Source of the DNA: Lytechinus pictus
Taxonomy: Eukaryota
Direction of reading: 5' to 3'
NCBI RefSeq assembly: GCF_037042905.1
Contig: NC_087250.1
Coordinates: forward strand, 25,360,001 to 25,424,000
Length of the DNA: 64,000 nt
A program made the translations under genes and the position numbers. Below the pieces are notes generated by a model. That model was not told where the DNA came from. It saw nothing but the letters and a program-made list of their open reading frames with translations, and searched no databases. Each line of letters starts with the position of its first letter. The first letter of the stretch is position 1. Shown piece after piece: positions 47,860-61,597 of this stretch.

Positions 47860-49680
47860 TGAAAAAAACAGGCTTTGGTCTATTTTGTATGGGGTATAGC
47901 CTGGTCGATCAATACAGCCGGCTTCATTGAACGAATTGTAATTAGACATTTTCAGTTAGATGTAAATCATTGTTTCACATGACAACGGGGAGCACGTTAT
48001 ATGTTTCATATTTCACAAAATGAAACACAAAGCACATAGTGAGTGTGTGACGTCATCAGTCCCCTCATTTACATATTTCTGTTGGACCAGGATGTGCATT
48101 TAAAGCGAAACTTACAAATAACTTTCTTATTTTACAGCCAGCTCTTCTGAAATGTTCAGTCTATGTTTGCTGGATTTTTTTCCTATTATTCAAATCAGAT
48201 TTTTGTTGGGATGGACTTGTCCTTTAAGTTATATCCAAAGATCTTACAAAAGACTTCACAAATTCCCTGAATAGAATACTGACATTTAACTTGGATCCCC
48301 TATTATTAGTATTAGATGAAAATGTATTAATCGATTACAGCGGAATTGTTCCCAAATATTACAAAATATTTAGCAAGAAAATAATGCCTGTATCTTGTTT
48401 AGTTTTTTTTGGAAAAAACTATTTTTTTAATTTTAATAAAATATGTTGTTTGAAGTATTTATTGTGTTGATAAAATACTGTTACGGATTGTATGCTATTG
48501 TAAGTGCGTAAACGATATTTTTAAAGTCTTTATTATGTATTTATAATCTTTACACTTTAAGATGTCCTTTTTCCTGATTTTCTTGATAGTTAATCAATAT
48601 TTGGCAGGCCTAAACAATCGTTAGTCTGGGCCTTATAATATTAAAATTCTAAGCAAATAAAAACCGGTGATCTCCCTCATTAAATAAAATACCTTGGTAT
48701 TAAATGTTTGAAGTATAAAATATTTCAATTTCTATAGATTTTACATTGACCAACTTGACCGAAGCTTGAAATGTTGAAATAATGATTATTCATATGATTG
48801 GGGGTAGATATAAAACCTTGTTTCTCATGACAATGAGGAGAAAAATTACATATTCCATAATTCATAAAAGTAGTGAGTTATGTCATCAGTTTCCTCATTT
48901 GCATACTGCCTCGGATGGTCGTAATCAATAAAAGTTTTTTGAAATTAAGCTTTTTCAGATATTTGTTAAAGAATAAAAATGTGAAAATTCCAGGAAATAT
49001 TTATGAATTTATGAATGAAAATTCAGTTTTGGGAAATTTGTTTTGGATCTGTGGAAACACGATTTAATACAAACTTTCATACGCAATTTGTGATCGTCCT
49101 GAATATTCCTGGTGGGTGCTTCATAAAGCTGTTCGTAAGTTAAGAGCGACTTTATATTAAGAACAACTGGGCCCCGTTGTACAAAGAGTTACGATTGATC
49201 CAATTAATCACAACTATGGAAAGCCAGGAAAGTCAACATATGAAATGCATGTTTGTTCAAAAAAAATTATAGATATGAATCCATATCCATAAATTCATTA
49301 ATTTCTTGACAATTTGGAGTGTTCTCCTTTGATTACAGAGGACATTTTGCAAATTTCCTGTAGAAAAAATTATGACACTGATGGATTTCCATAGAGTTAC
49401 GATTGATCGGATCAATGGTAACTCTTTGTACAACGGGGCCCTGGTGACCCTTTCTTACGCGCTTAACCCTCGCCAATGAATTTACCACAAGAAAGGATCA
49501 CCATTCGTTCTTCAAGTCGCTCTTAACTTACGAAAAGCTTTATGAAACGGCCCCCAGGGCCCCGTTGCTATCAAATGGTAACTACCGAGGTAACGCTGAT
49601 CAACAGCCAGTCAAGGATTTCATACAAGTTACCTTTGGATGACAACATTACCATAATGGTAACTATTATGCAACATGGCC
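47860..49680. repeat. Dispersed segmental duplicate of about 20250-22460 + 26750-26967
   Basis: Colinear identity blocks such as aagatcttacaaaagacttcac, tgggaaatttgttttggatctgtggaaacacg, cccgttgctatcaaatggtaactaccgagg. Confidence 0.9.
49170..49440. mobile_element. Harbinger-type MITE with CTG TSD
   Basis: CTG-ggccccgttgtacaaagagttac / gtaactctttgtacaacggggcc-CTG; empty site in the paralog at about 22446. Confidence 0.88.
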
Positions 49681-51539
49681 CTGAATAGGCAATTCCATAA
49701 AATGTGTTCCTCCAACCCCATGTATGTGAGACCATGTAAGTTTCGCATACATTCATACAATTCCGAAGCTTCGTTATTCCGAAGGTTCGGATATTCTGAA
49801 GCTTCGTTATTCCAAAGGTTCGTATTTCCGAAGGTTCGTAATTCCGAAAGTTCGTTAGTTTGAAAACGAAATGAGGTTCGTAATCCCGAAGGTTTGTTAA
49901 TCCGAAAACGAAATGAGGTTCGTTAATCCGAAGGTTCGTTAGTCCGAAAACGAAATAAGGTTCGTTAATCCGAAAATTAAATAAGGTTCGTATTTGTGTC
50001 TGTGTCTTATTTATGTTTCTTACGACAGTCTGTAATGCTCTCAAATGACCATGACTTCGTCAATTTATGAAGTGACGTAACAATGAGAAAAAAATGGGAG
50101 CCGGACGTACAAAAGGGTTGAATATTCTATGGAATAGCCCATTTAAAAGTTTCGCTTATTTCTTCACAAAACAATTATCATGCACATCTCTGTGATATAT
50201 GCAAATGAGAGAGTCGAAGATGTCCCTCACTCACTATATCTTTGGCTGTTAATTGTTTGAATCACACAATATGTCATTTTTGTTATTACTTCACATGTTC
50301 AGAGGGAGGAACAAAACCTTGTTTCTCATGGGAATGAGGAGAAAAATGAAATATTCAACATTTCATGTAACGAAATAAGAAAAGAAATAGCGTTTTATGT
50401 AATCCTTCCCCTCATTCGCATTCTGTCCAGGATATGTGTAATAATTGTTTTGTGAGGTGAAGCGAAACTTAAAAATGTCATAGCTTTATAATCTTACATA
50501 ATTATTGTACATCAAAATTTGATGAAACTTTCCATTTTTCTCCCATTTTTTGGATATGGTGAACAAAATAGGTCTTGAATATATTTACTAAACCTACTTT
50601 CTGATAATCATTTGAAAGACCAGTTCTGATTGGCTCCCTGCACTGAGCAAAATGCACATGTAACGATGGTCATGATGGGGCCATTTAATTTAGCGATGAA
50701 TGGCTTATCTTTATAACGGACCGATAAAGTCTGATTTTGAAATAAAGTTAGAAGATTCTAGAAATAAATGCTAGGATACCAAACTAATCGCATAATTTCA
50801 TTCATATACGTACAATTGGGTGGTCATTTTATTGTATTTATGTACGAAACCAATTTTTGAAATCATTATTATAACTGTTATTTACCTTTAATCCCTTACT
50901 ATTGGATAGGTACCCGCTGTAAGTAATACAAACGAAATATAATAATCGATTATAATTTCAAGCCTAACCATAATATTACAAATATTAAGCAGGAAAATAA
51001 TAAATTTTTCTGATCTAAGATTGCGAAAACAATTCAAATATTCAATTAAATTTAATGAATTAAAAGTATGCAATATCATTTTTAATTTTTTTTTATTGAT
51101 TTAAAAATGCTATTACGGTTTGTACATTATTCCAATTGCGTAAACTGTTTTTAAAAACTTTATATTAGAAATCAATACTCTCAAATATTTATGTCATTCT
51201 TCCATGATTTTCTTATTTACAAATCTTTGGAAGGCCTGAAAATTAGTTTTTTTAGGCCTTGTAGTATTCGAACATCATTTCAGTCGCATTTATTATTTTA
51301 ATTACCAACAATTATTATATTACGCACATCTCAGTGATGTGCAACAAAGAATCGTTGATTTCCCTTACATTCCTTTTGTTATCATTGTTTGAATCATACA
51401 GTGTTTCATTTTTTACAGATTTTATCCAAACTAATCCAAAGGTAATTTGACGTAGGGTCTTTTCCTTTCGGTAACAAAGGGCTGTGCAAAACAATGGTCA
51501 GCTTACTCCATGCAATTCACTGTCCTTTTATGCAAATAG

Positions 51540-51982
51540 ATTGACTTAATGGCTTTCTTGAAATAGTCTGAATATAGACTGAAAAGCCTTTAAGCATAAA
51601 AAAAACTTAACTGAGGAGGCTGTCTTCACAGTTAGCAGGGAGGTGATTCCAAAGCGTTGCAGCAAGCTCTTAAAAAGGTGCTAGATGAGCCAGATTGATG
51701 AAGAAGAACGAGTAGTACGAACTTGAGAGCGACGAATTAGGATGTTATCAATGTATTCCAGACTTCAGTGATTTAGAGACATGAAAACTAGAAGCAAAAT
51801 GTTGAAGGCTATCCTCTGTCTCACAGGCAGCCAATGTAGTTGCAGTCGGCCCGGGAGGTTCTGTGCGAGTATGAAGGGGAGCAGAGAAGACAAGCCTAAC
51901 AGCTGAATGCTGTAGTCTCTGAAATCGGTTCAAGTCTGGTTGAGAACCCTGAAGAGACTATTGCAGTAGCCCAGTCGGGAAT
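51540..51982 (-). pseudogene. Degenerate L2/CR1 LINE ORF2 C-terminal fragment
   Basis: Across frames: SRLGYCNSL, NRFQRLQHSAVRLV, LHWLPVRQRIAFNILLLVF. Confidence 0.75.
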
Positions 51983-52333
51983 CTTACCTTACTGACTAAC
52001 TTGACCGAAGTTCAAAGTGTAAAAATAATGATAATTTCACATGATCGGAGCGGTATAAAACCTTGTTTCCCATGACAGTGAAGAGAAAAATTACATATTC
52101 AATATTTCATTAAAAATAATAGTGACACTGTTATGTCATCAGTCCCCTCATTTGCGTACTGATAAAGATGTTCATGATCAACAAACGGTTTGTGAAATTA
52201 AGCTTTTTCAGATTTTTGTTAAAGTATAAAAGTGTGAAAATTCCAGGAATGTCTATGAATTTCAGAAAATTTGAGACTCAGTTTCGAGAATTTTTTTTTG
52301 ATCTGTGAAAATACTGAAGACATCTGATATTTA

Positions 52334-53147
52334 AACAAGTGGAGTGCCTCAGGCAGTCTCACCTGCATCACGCGATTCAATATAGCAGCAGTGCTGACTT
52401 TGAAAACTACTATAAAATAATCATTCACAAAAAACACCATTCATATAATGATACAATACTACGTTCATTGACAAAGAATGACATTTGACCTTGATCATGC
52501 GACCTAAGACTTGTCAGTGATACTTGATTACCCCTATATCTACACTTTATAAACTATATCTATAAACTTTTAAAGTTATGACAGGAATCTAATAATTACA
52601 TCAAAAATGTCAAAAGTTCAGTGACCTTAAATGACCTTTTACTTTGGTCATGTGACCTGAAACTCGCATGAGATGTTCAGTGATACTTGATTACTCTATG
52701 TCCAAGTTTTATGAACTAGATCCATACACTTTCAGAGTTATGATGGTTATTCAACAAATACCCCAACATGGCCAAAGTCCATTGACATTTGACTTTGGTC
52801 AAGTAACCTTAAACTCGCACATGATGTTCAGTGATACTTGATTACTCTTATGTCCAAGTTTTATGAACTAGACCAATACACTTACAGAGTTATGATAGCA
52901 ATTCAACAGATACCCCAACATGGTGTAAGATTATTGACCCTAAATGACCTTTGACCTTGGTCATGTGACCTGAAACTCAGGCAGGATGTTTAGTAATACT
53001 TGAATAATCTTATGTCCAAGTTTCAAGAACTAGGTCCATATACTTTATAAGTTATGCTGTCATTTCAAAAACTTAACCTTCTGTTAATAATTGATGTTGA
53101 CGCCACTGGCGCCTATAGTCTCGCTCTGCTGTGCAGGTGAGAAAAAA
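52334..53147. mobile_element. Helentron-associated (HINE/DINE-1-like) non-autonomous element with internal tandem repeats
   Basis: aacaag start, subterminal inverted repeat gtctcacctgca / tgcaggtgaga, internal tgacctttgacc repeats, A-run at the end. Confidence 0.6.
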
Positions 53148-55528
53148 ATGCAATTATCGATTACAATATTACACGTTTACACAAAATATTACAAAATGTC
53201 GAGCAGGAAGTCACTTATTCCTTTTTTTTCGAATTTTTATATAATTTATACTTGTCTTTCAAGTTATTAAAGAGGTGTGTTTTCAAATATTTTTTGTTAA
53301 AAACATACTTATGTTGACTCTATATTATTCCAACTATTTATATTATTTCTTTTTAGTTACAAATATATACTTGTTTCTGATATTTGATTGATCGATGTTT
53401 ATTCTGATGGTAAAGGATTAATATTGGGCCGGCCTCATCTTTCGTTAGTTCGGGCCTGTTACGACCGATAATGTCGCACTTACGCCTAATGTCGCAGGGA
53501 ATGACATCTATGTAATGACAATCCAACGCAGAATGTCGTAGCATGAGCTTCTAACGCATAGTGTCGGAAAGGTAGTTTCTTCGGACCTAGAGTTACAGAT
53601 AAAGATAGGTTTTTACCCAGTTCAAGCTCTGTCTTCTAAAGTATGATTGGTGGGGCAGGCGCAGATGCAGGGGGAGGGGGAGCATTCAATTGATTATGAG
53701 GAAGAGGGGTCACTTAAATATGCATCGATATATCATCGTTTTCTTGGCATTTTAATAAAGAAATAATATTTCATATTGTCACTCGGTATGTATCGTGGGA
53801 ACAATAATTTCAAAACGATACCCCTATACAAATTTCCCTTGGGGGAACACGTGATGAATTAATAACGTGGTCGTAACTAGCGGGGGGGGGGGGGGTAGAG
53901 TTGCTGTTGCCCCCCAAATAATAATAATAATAATGTTAAAAAATTAAATATAAAAATATAAAAACTACCCCTCCGAGATTTTCACATAATTCACTAAACG
54001 AGGGCACAAAGTTATTAGATTTTACTTAATAATCGTTTTTCACATCCCCTCCCCCTAGAAAAATAAAATGTTTGTACGTATTTTCCTTTCAAAATTACCA
54101 GGCATGTCAAATTTTGTTTGATTTGCATTGACAACCTATTTCCGTTTCTCTCCTTAACAACGGGAGCCCTCGACTACTGGCGGCATCAGGATTTAAAAAA
54201 ATTGGTGGGTGGAAAAAGAAAAGTTTTGGGGCAGAGGTTTAACAAAATTCGAGGATGAAGCGCAACCACCTTTTGGGTCCCTGCTTGAGTCCACGGGAGA
54301 GCACGCATGTAAATGTGACTATTTCAATATATTGATGGTACGTTCCGAGTATCAATACGAACAATATTATCTTTATTAAAATATCACGAATAACAATGAA
54401 ATCAAATTAAATCTGAATTTTAAATTATCTTTAGAAGACCGATGAAGTATGATTTTGAAATAAAATTGATTCCAGACAATAAATGTTAGGATACCGAAGT
54501 TATCATTCATACATACACCTTGGTGGTTATTTTATTGTATTGTGTATGAAACCCATTTTTGAACTGATTACCCTGTAAAATTTCACCTGGCCTGAACGAG
54601 CAGCCACTGTAATAAATAAAAAAATTGATCGGTAAGAAAAAGAAAGATAATGGGTATGCTGCATAGGTACAGACACGTGGCCAGCCGTACATCCGGGGGG
54701 GGGGGGGGGGCGTTTCATCAATATTTTCGTCCGACAAGTTGTCAGATCTGACAACTTTCCTGGATTCTGATTGGTTGAGAAGCACTTTTACTATAGTAAC
54801 TGTCGGATAAAACAGGACTTGTCGGATAAAACGTCCGACAAGTCCTTTCATGAAACGCTCCCCCGGTGAATTTACCATGCCTCTATTTATTACTTATGCA
54901 TGGTAAATTTACCGGATGTTTGGATGAACATGCGTCGGTAATTACTTACGCATGGTAATGTTGTAGAAACATTGATTTTTAGCCCCCAAACGCCATTCTA
55001 TAAAAAAAAAAATGATGCACAAGCATCTTTAGGACTCGTGAGCATGCGGTAACTTTGGAAACTAGTCTATGATATAAGTTCAGGGTCGAGTACAATAAAA
55101 CTTGAAAAATAAGTGAAATATAATAATCGATTACAATAAACAGTTAAAATGCCATTTCATTACAGCTGGAAAATTTAGAGCTGGAAAATTAGGTTTGTTT
55201 TATTTTTAATATTATGTTTTCGCTTTTCATAATGTTGAAATATACTTTTGGGGGCTATATGATGTAAAATTGCAGAAAACAATACTTAAAATGGATAATT
55301 CATTATTATTAACAGTGTAAATTATAATATTTATATTTTATAATTATATGTCAAAATTGTGCATTGTCAGACCAAACGAATTTATACATATTTCAAATTT
55401 TGAATACCCTCAACCGTGAAGGTTCCGGTTGGGGCTACGTGTGTGCCTGTCCATAAATATTCTGGCTTGGTAATTGTAATGGCTGACGCGAAGCATTTCA
55501 ATGAGTCTGCAAGGTACTGAGTTAATTT

Positions 55529-55958
55529 CGCATACATTCGTAATTCCGAAGGTTCGGATATTCCGAAGTTCGTTATTCCGAAGGTTCGTATTTCCGAAGG
55601 TTCGTAATTCCGAAAGTTCGTAAGTCCAAAAACGAAATGAGTTTCGTAATTTCGAAGGTTCGTTAGTCCGAAAACAAAGTGAGGTTCTTAATTCCGAAAA
55701 CAAAATGAGGTTCGTAATTCCGAAGGTTCGTTAGGATTTCGGATTATCGAACCTTCGGAATAACGAACCTTCGGAATAACGCCACAAATGTTCGGATTAA
55801 CGAACCCTTTCACGATTTTGGATTAAAGAACATCGAGGTATAGGCAATTTACGTGTTTCGGAATTACGAACCTTCGGAATAAAGAACCTTCGGAATTACG
55901 AACCTTCGGAATAAAGAACCTTCGGAATTACGAACCTTCGGAATTACAAAGTGTAACC
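55529..55958. mobile_element. Palindromic TTCGTAATTCCGAAGG MITE copy
   Basis: Same ends as 33265-33780; 8-bp TSD GTTAATTT. Confidence 0.85.
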
Positions 55959-57521
55959 GTTAATTTAGGAGCAAGATCTATCCAAGTCCTCTCGTGGCTG
56001 AATTCATGTCACTGCAAAATCTCGTGAATTGTGAGACTTTGATTCTCAAAGAATTTAACCACTTTCTCCTAGAGTCAAGTTGATTATTTTTTAGCCATAT
56101 GAAAGAGTAAACGTTACTCTTTTATACTGATTATTTCTTTTGAATAAGATATTTTGATAATTAAGTGAATTTTAGGCATGTAAAGATGCCTCAAATTGAA
56201 TTTTCTTCCTCTTTTTTTCTCTTGGAAATTGTGGAAAATTTTATGTTTTAGGCACAAACATTATTTATATCATCAGACAGCTAAAACTCTATATACTTTC
56301 TTACAATGTCACTCTTGATATGTGGTACCTTGTAGATGGGTCAGCAGCCAGCTTTTTCCACCAAAATTCAAGACGAGGTTTCTGAAATTTCTGAGTAGCA
56401 TAAAATCCAGAGTTCTGATTGGTTGAATAGTGTTTTCAAAATAACAGGCGCGGGTAATTTGAAGAATTACCACATGGTGTGTGTGACCTTGCAGAGGCCC
56501 AGTGTAGGGAACATTGGAATTTGTGTGGGTGTGTGGTCTCTATGACCAATCAGAGCACAGTATTCTTGTTTTAAATTGGTAAATGTACTTGGCCTATGGA
56601 AAGCTGGCTGCTGACCCATCTAAAAAACCTCTTCTTATAAAGATTATTTTATATTAAGGCTTAGATCTTCAGCTTTATCATAATTCAAAAATTATTTCGG
56701 CCCAACCAGAAATTAAGTGTAAAAACACCAAGATTTGTTACATGAAAGTGATTACTTTGGTTCATGTTTACTATCAAAAGTTTCACCTATGTCACAAAAT
56801 CTCTTTTAAAATCCAGACACATGACCTCAAAGAATGATTCTTGTTCTTTATAAAAATACCAAAAACATGAAATTTGGTCAATTTTTAGAGCAGCAATGGC
56901 CGAATAAAAAGAGGTGTTTTCGTCCGCACCAAGCTCATTAACGATGCGAAAACCCTCTAGTCATGCATATCACTTGGATAAAAGAAGCTACTTACAGGGC
57001 TTGCCGACTGACTGGTAATCATAACGGATACAGCGGACAAGCTCGTGGTGGCTCCATCATTTTTATCCACTCCAGACAATGGACAAAATGGGCGAACGAC
57101 GAAATCACAGTAGACGCATGCTCGATGGATGTAGGGCGTACAAAACCATGGTTAAGTTATAAAAATTCTGGAAAATATAAACTCTATCTCTTGGATCGTT
57201 TGGGGCGTAAATATTACAAACTCGAAATGAAAAATTATTGGTTGAACAAAGGACTGATGCAAACCGCCATTCATGATCGATACGGACTTTTCATCCGCTC
57301 AAGACAATGGACAAAATGGGCGAACAATGAAATCACAGTGAGGCAGGGACGGATGCTCGATGGATGTAGAGCGTATGAAACACGTAAATGGAAAGAGTAG
57401 GCATGCACAACTGATACATAACGTTTTCCAACGGATGGCAAGGGTTTTATTTTCAGTTTTACATCCTCTCTGCATCTGTAAGTGCAGTGGGACCAGATCT
57501 TAAGATAAATACCAGTTGTGG

Positions 57522-57825
57522 TAATAATAATAATAATAATTGGCATTTATATAGCGCTTTATCAATATACGACTGTTCAAAGCGCTTTACAATTATTATT
57601 ACCCGGTCACTGGATTCATAGCATTTCAAGCAGCCTGTTAGGCGCACACTTGCTAAACCAACCACAATGACGGTTGTTTCCTACCGGTACCCAATTAGCA
57701 CCTGGGTGAGAGTGGCAAAGTGTGGATTGACGCCTTGCCAAAGGGCGCTAGGCCATGGTGGGATTCGAACACACGACCCTCTGATTACAAGGCGAGAGTC
57801 AGAACTGCTACACCACGGCGCTTCC
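57522..57825 (-). mobile_element. tRNA-derived SINE, full length
   Basis: Head ggaagcgccgtggtgtagcagtt...gtgttcgaatccc (A and B boxes); tail aaagcgctatataaatgccaa(tta)n. Confidence 0.85.
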
Positions 57826-59078
57826 ATGGCGATTTCAAAATGAGTTTGAACAGAATCCAATAAAATGATCACCCAGTCAAAAGCGTATGTAGGAACAAAA
57901 ATCATGTACCGAAAGGTTCTGGGAAAAAAACTTTGTAATTTCTGAGAAATTAGCAAAATAAGCACGGTTTTCCAGTAGATGTCGAGTATTTTTCCAAGCT
58001 TTATTAATACACTGTCCCACACCTGCTCTTCTGTGTTAGAGATCGTCAGAATTATCATTTTTTAGCTAAGATATATTAATGGCACCAAGATATTATATCA
58101 ATGTAGAAGATCTCCCAAGATCTAGATCTAATATGGTGGCAGTTAACCTTGATTTGAAAGACTTTTTCATGAAATAAATTTGCACTGCAACTACCTTCCT
58201 TCTACGATTACCAAGAATCCTGTAGAAGAGAATCGGTAGCTAATGAAAGCAGGTAGACAACGATCGCTTTTTAAAAATGTTGGACCCCCAATTTGGGGGC
58301 GATCATAAAAGGGAAATTCTATAATCGATTATATAATGGCCTTGGCTTACCTTATAATTATAATGCTTTGTTTTCCCTGATTTCATCTTATCTTGCATTT
58401 TCTAAAAATGACACCTACTTATCTACTTTTTTTTTATATTTTCGTATTTTGAAATAAAACAAAATCAACACAAAAATAACTTTGCAATATAAGAATTCAT
58501 AAATGGAGAACTAACTTGTTAAAAGAATATTTGTTGAAATATATATTTTTTACATCTCACGGGATTATGCACAAACTATTTTAATCTTTATTTATTTTGA
58601 CTAGCACCTACATTCTATATGTGGTGCTCAATCCACATCATAAATGGGCCGTAGTGCTCTCGCTCGCGTATTTCCGCGGGTCGTCCAAGACAAGTTGTAA
58701 AATCAAAATGGTTTCGGCACTCACAAAGGGCAAAACACGAGTCTGAGGCGCGAGCGTCTGCGGTAAAATCACCCAAGATAAGCCAGTACGACAATAGCGT
58801 AATCCACCGACTGTTTGAGAGTAGATCTCATTGGCTCTGGTGAGTCGACAACACACACTCATATTTGACACTTAAACTCATAACAGGTCTTAGAGTAAAG
58901 ACTAGAGGCAAAGACTTTCTGTGCCAAGCCATAGTACACTTAGCCTATAATAATAAGTAATAATAATGTACATTTACATAGCGCTTATTACAGTTGTTTC
59001 TAAGCGCTTAACATTTATAACTTAACGTAATACATGTATACGGATTATGAAGAGCATAATAAATTATATTGCATAATC

Positions 59079-59291
59079 TAGGCGGAGGCTGCAGTTATTG
59101 TCTTTGCTGTTAAGCTAACGCAGCCTCAACGCGTACGTAGTCTTTGCCAGATCAGACGTATCTCTTGCGTTCAGCTTAACAGCAAAGACAAATAACTGCA
59201 GCCTCCGCCTAAAGTGTGTAGTCTTTGCCAGATCAGACGTATCGCTTGCGTTCAGCTTAACAGCAAAGACAATAACTACAGCCTCCGCCTA
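59079..59291. mobile_element. TAG..CTA palindromic MITE with duplicated right half
   Basis: taggcggaggctgcagttattgtctttgctgttaagct, inverted copies ending at 59211 and again at 59291. Confidence 0.75.
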
Positions 59292-59574
59292 AATTATAGG
59301 CTACAGTACACTCTGCATTATGCATCATGCGAATAGAAAACAAAAAAACAAAGGGTCTGTGCCTTCAGACTAGGCGGAACTCATCTCGGTGAAGCGCTAG
59401 ATGGCTACAACAAAAAATACCCAAATATAATAGGAGAAGAAATAATAATTGAAAAGAATGTTAGATGAAATGTACTATGTTTATTTAATATTTACGAAAC
59501 AAAAAAAAGGTTGGTACACGTGTTGTAATGATTGATTAAACAATTCTCTGTATTGGTCATAAAGCACTGCTTAA

Positions 59575-60095
59575 AGGACAAGTCCACCCCAACAAAAAGT
59601 TGATTTGAATAAAAAGAGAATAATCCAACGGTGGATGTAAAATAAGAAAGTTATGACATTTTGAAGTCTCGCTTGATTTCACATAATAGTTATATGCTCA
59701 TCCCGATCGGTATGCAAATGAGGGAACTGATGACATCACTCACTTTTTCTTTTGTATTTTGTTATTTGAAATATGAAATATTCTCATTTTCTCCTTATTG
59801 TCCTGTGAAACAAAGTCTTATTTCTCACTGGGGTTACCATTGCTTAACATTATATGGTTCAGTTAAGTTGGTCCTTATTGTCAATCCTGTAAAAATTGAA
59901 ATATTGTATAATTCAAACAATAAAAAACTAAATAATTAGTGAGGGACATCATCGATTCTTTCATATGCATGTGGGTAAATAGTGCATATAGTTATTTTGT
60001 GAAAAATAAGCCAAATTTCAAAATGTCATAACTTTCTTATTTTACAAACGATTTTGATAACATTTTCAGCATTATGCTTGTCTGATTTTCCTCTG
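59575..60095. mobile_element. Kolobok family A copy, right end truncated
   Basis: TTAA-aggacaagtccaccccaac; ends in (TAA)n. Confidence 0.75.
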
Positions 60096-60896
60096 TAGAT
60101 TATTATAATTACAATAATTATAATAACAATAACAATAATGATAATAATGATTATGATAATAGTAATACTAATATGATAATAATAATAACAATAATAAATG
60201 AATAAATAAATAATGAGTGTGATGAATGCAGTGTGCAGACGAGAGTTGGAAATGACATGCTTCTTTACTCATATATTTATAACGAGAACAATTTTGTGAC
60301 AATGCTAAAAACAATGTATAAGACCTTTCCCCTGCCCCCCCAAAAAAAAAATCTCCCCCAAACCGTGCACATTTGCAGGCAGAAAAAAGCCTTGACACAA
60401 GAATACTACCATACCGGCCTGCAAAAGCCCGATCGATAGCTCATGAATATTCATGTAAAATAGCGAATGGGCGAGTAGTGTTGGGTGAAGAACATCGTAC
60501 CGCTCGGTCATTGGTCAATTCCGAGATGAATGTCTTCGCACATTCGCCTTTGCTCTGCCCATAGAAGTACGTGTATTGCTACACACAACCGTTATATCAC
60601 ACGTGTCTATAGGGGAAATCTTGATTCAGATCGCAGCAATATCCGAAATCAACTCTTGAAAATAATGATGCAAAAATACAATTTTACTAACAAAAATTCT
60701 ATGTAAACCACTATTTTTTATATGATAAAATGAATTGTGAATTCCTTGCTAGTATAACAACATAAAAAAACAGAAAATATGGTGTTGATTTTCTGGCTGT
60801 AAAATTAGTTTTAAAAATTATTTGGGGACGTATACGTGCCAATTGCATTAGAGCGCTAAGGTCACGCATAGCTGCCAATGGCTCTTAAAGAGTTAA

Positions 60897-61597
60897 TGAG
60901 TTTCGAAATTCTGTGTAGATGTTTTTAATCCCCCACGTAGTGCTATCATATAAAGCAAACAGAATTGAAATCAGACTTGAAGTGACGAAGAAGAAGCATT
61001 TTGAAATTCAGTCAACATATAAAGAAGAGGCATTTTCTGTGATGTATGAATTTCGTATAAATAATCATAAATATTTTTTACTCCAAATGTAAACATTCTG
61101 TGTAGATGTTTGGTGAACCTCGTGAAGCTCTACCAGATGCAAGAAAAACAAATCAAAATCGGTCAACAAATAAAGAAAAAGCATTTTATGTGAATTTTTA
61201 AAAATATGCATAAATTAATTTCGCATAAATTAGCATAAGAATTGTTCTAGTCTAAATTTCAAAATTCTGTGTAGAAGTTTGGTGAACCTCATGAAGCTCT
61301 ACCAAATGGAAACAAAAAATCCAAAATCTTTCCACAAATAAAGGAAAGCATTTTTTGTGAATTTTGAAAAATGCGCATAAATTAGCATATTTAATGAATT
61401 TCAAAATTCTGTGAAGAAGTTTTGAATCCCCCACCTAGTGCTATCATATAAAGAAAACAGTATTGAATTTGGACTTGAAATGGCGAAGAAGAAGCATTTT
61501 GAAATTGTGGACGGCGACAGACGACAGACACCAGAGGACGGACGCCACGTCACGGCATATGCTCATCTTGCGCCCTTCGGGCAGGATGAGCTAAAAA
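60897..61597. mobile_element. Helentron-associated element fragment with internal repeats
   Basis: Repeated aaattctgtgtaga blocks; terminal hairpin gctcatcttgcgcccttcgggcaggatgagc followed by taaaaa. Confidence 0.55.

Noticed and set aside
56963..57400. 145-aa ORF with repeated SRQWTKWAN motif
   Set aside because: The repeat reflects a short DNA duplication whose copies diverge by indels; no recognisable domain or splice context.
57750..57825. tRNA gene
   Set aside because: A and B boxes are present, but it continues into a SINE body and tail and no full cloverleaf could be supported.
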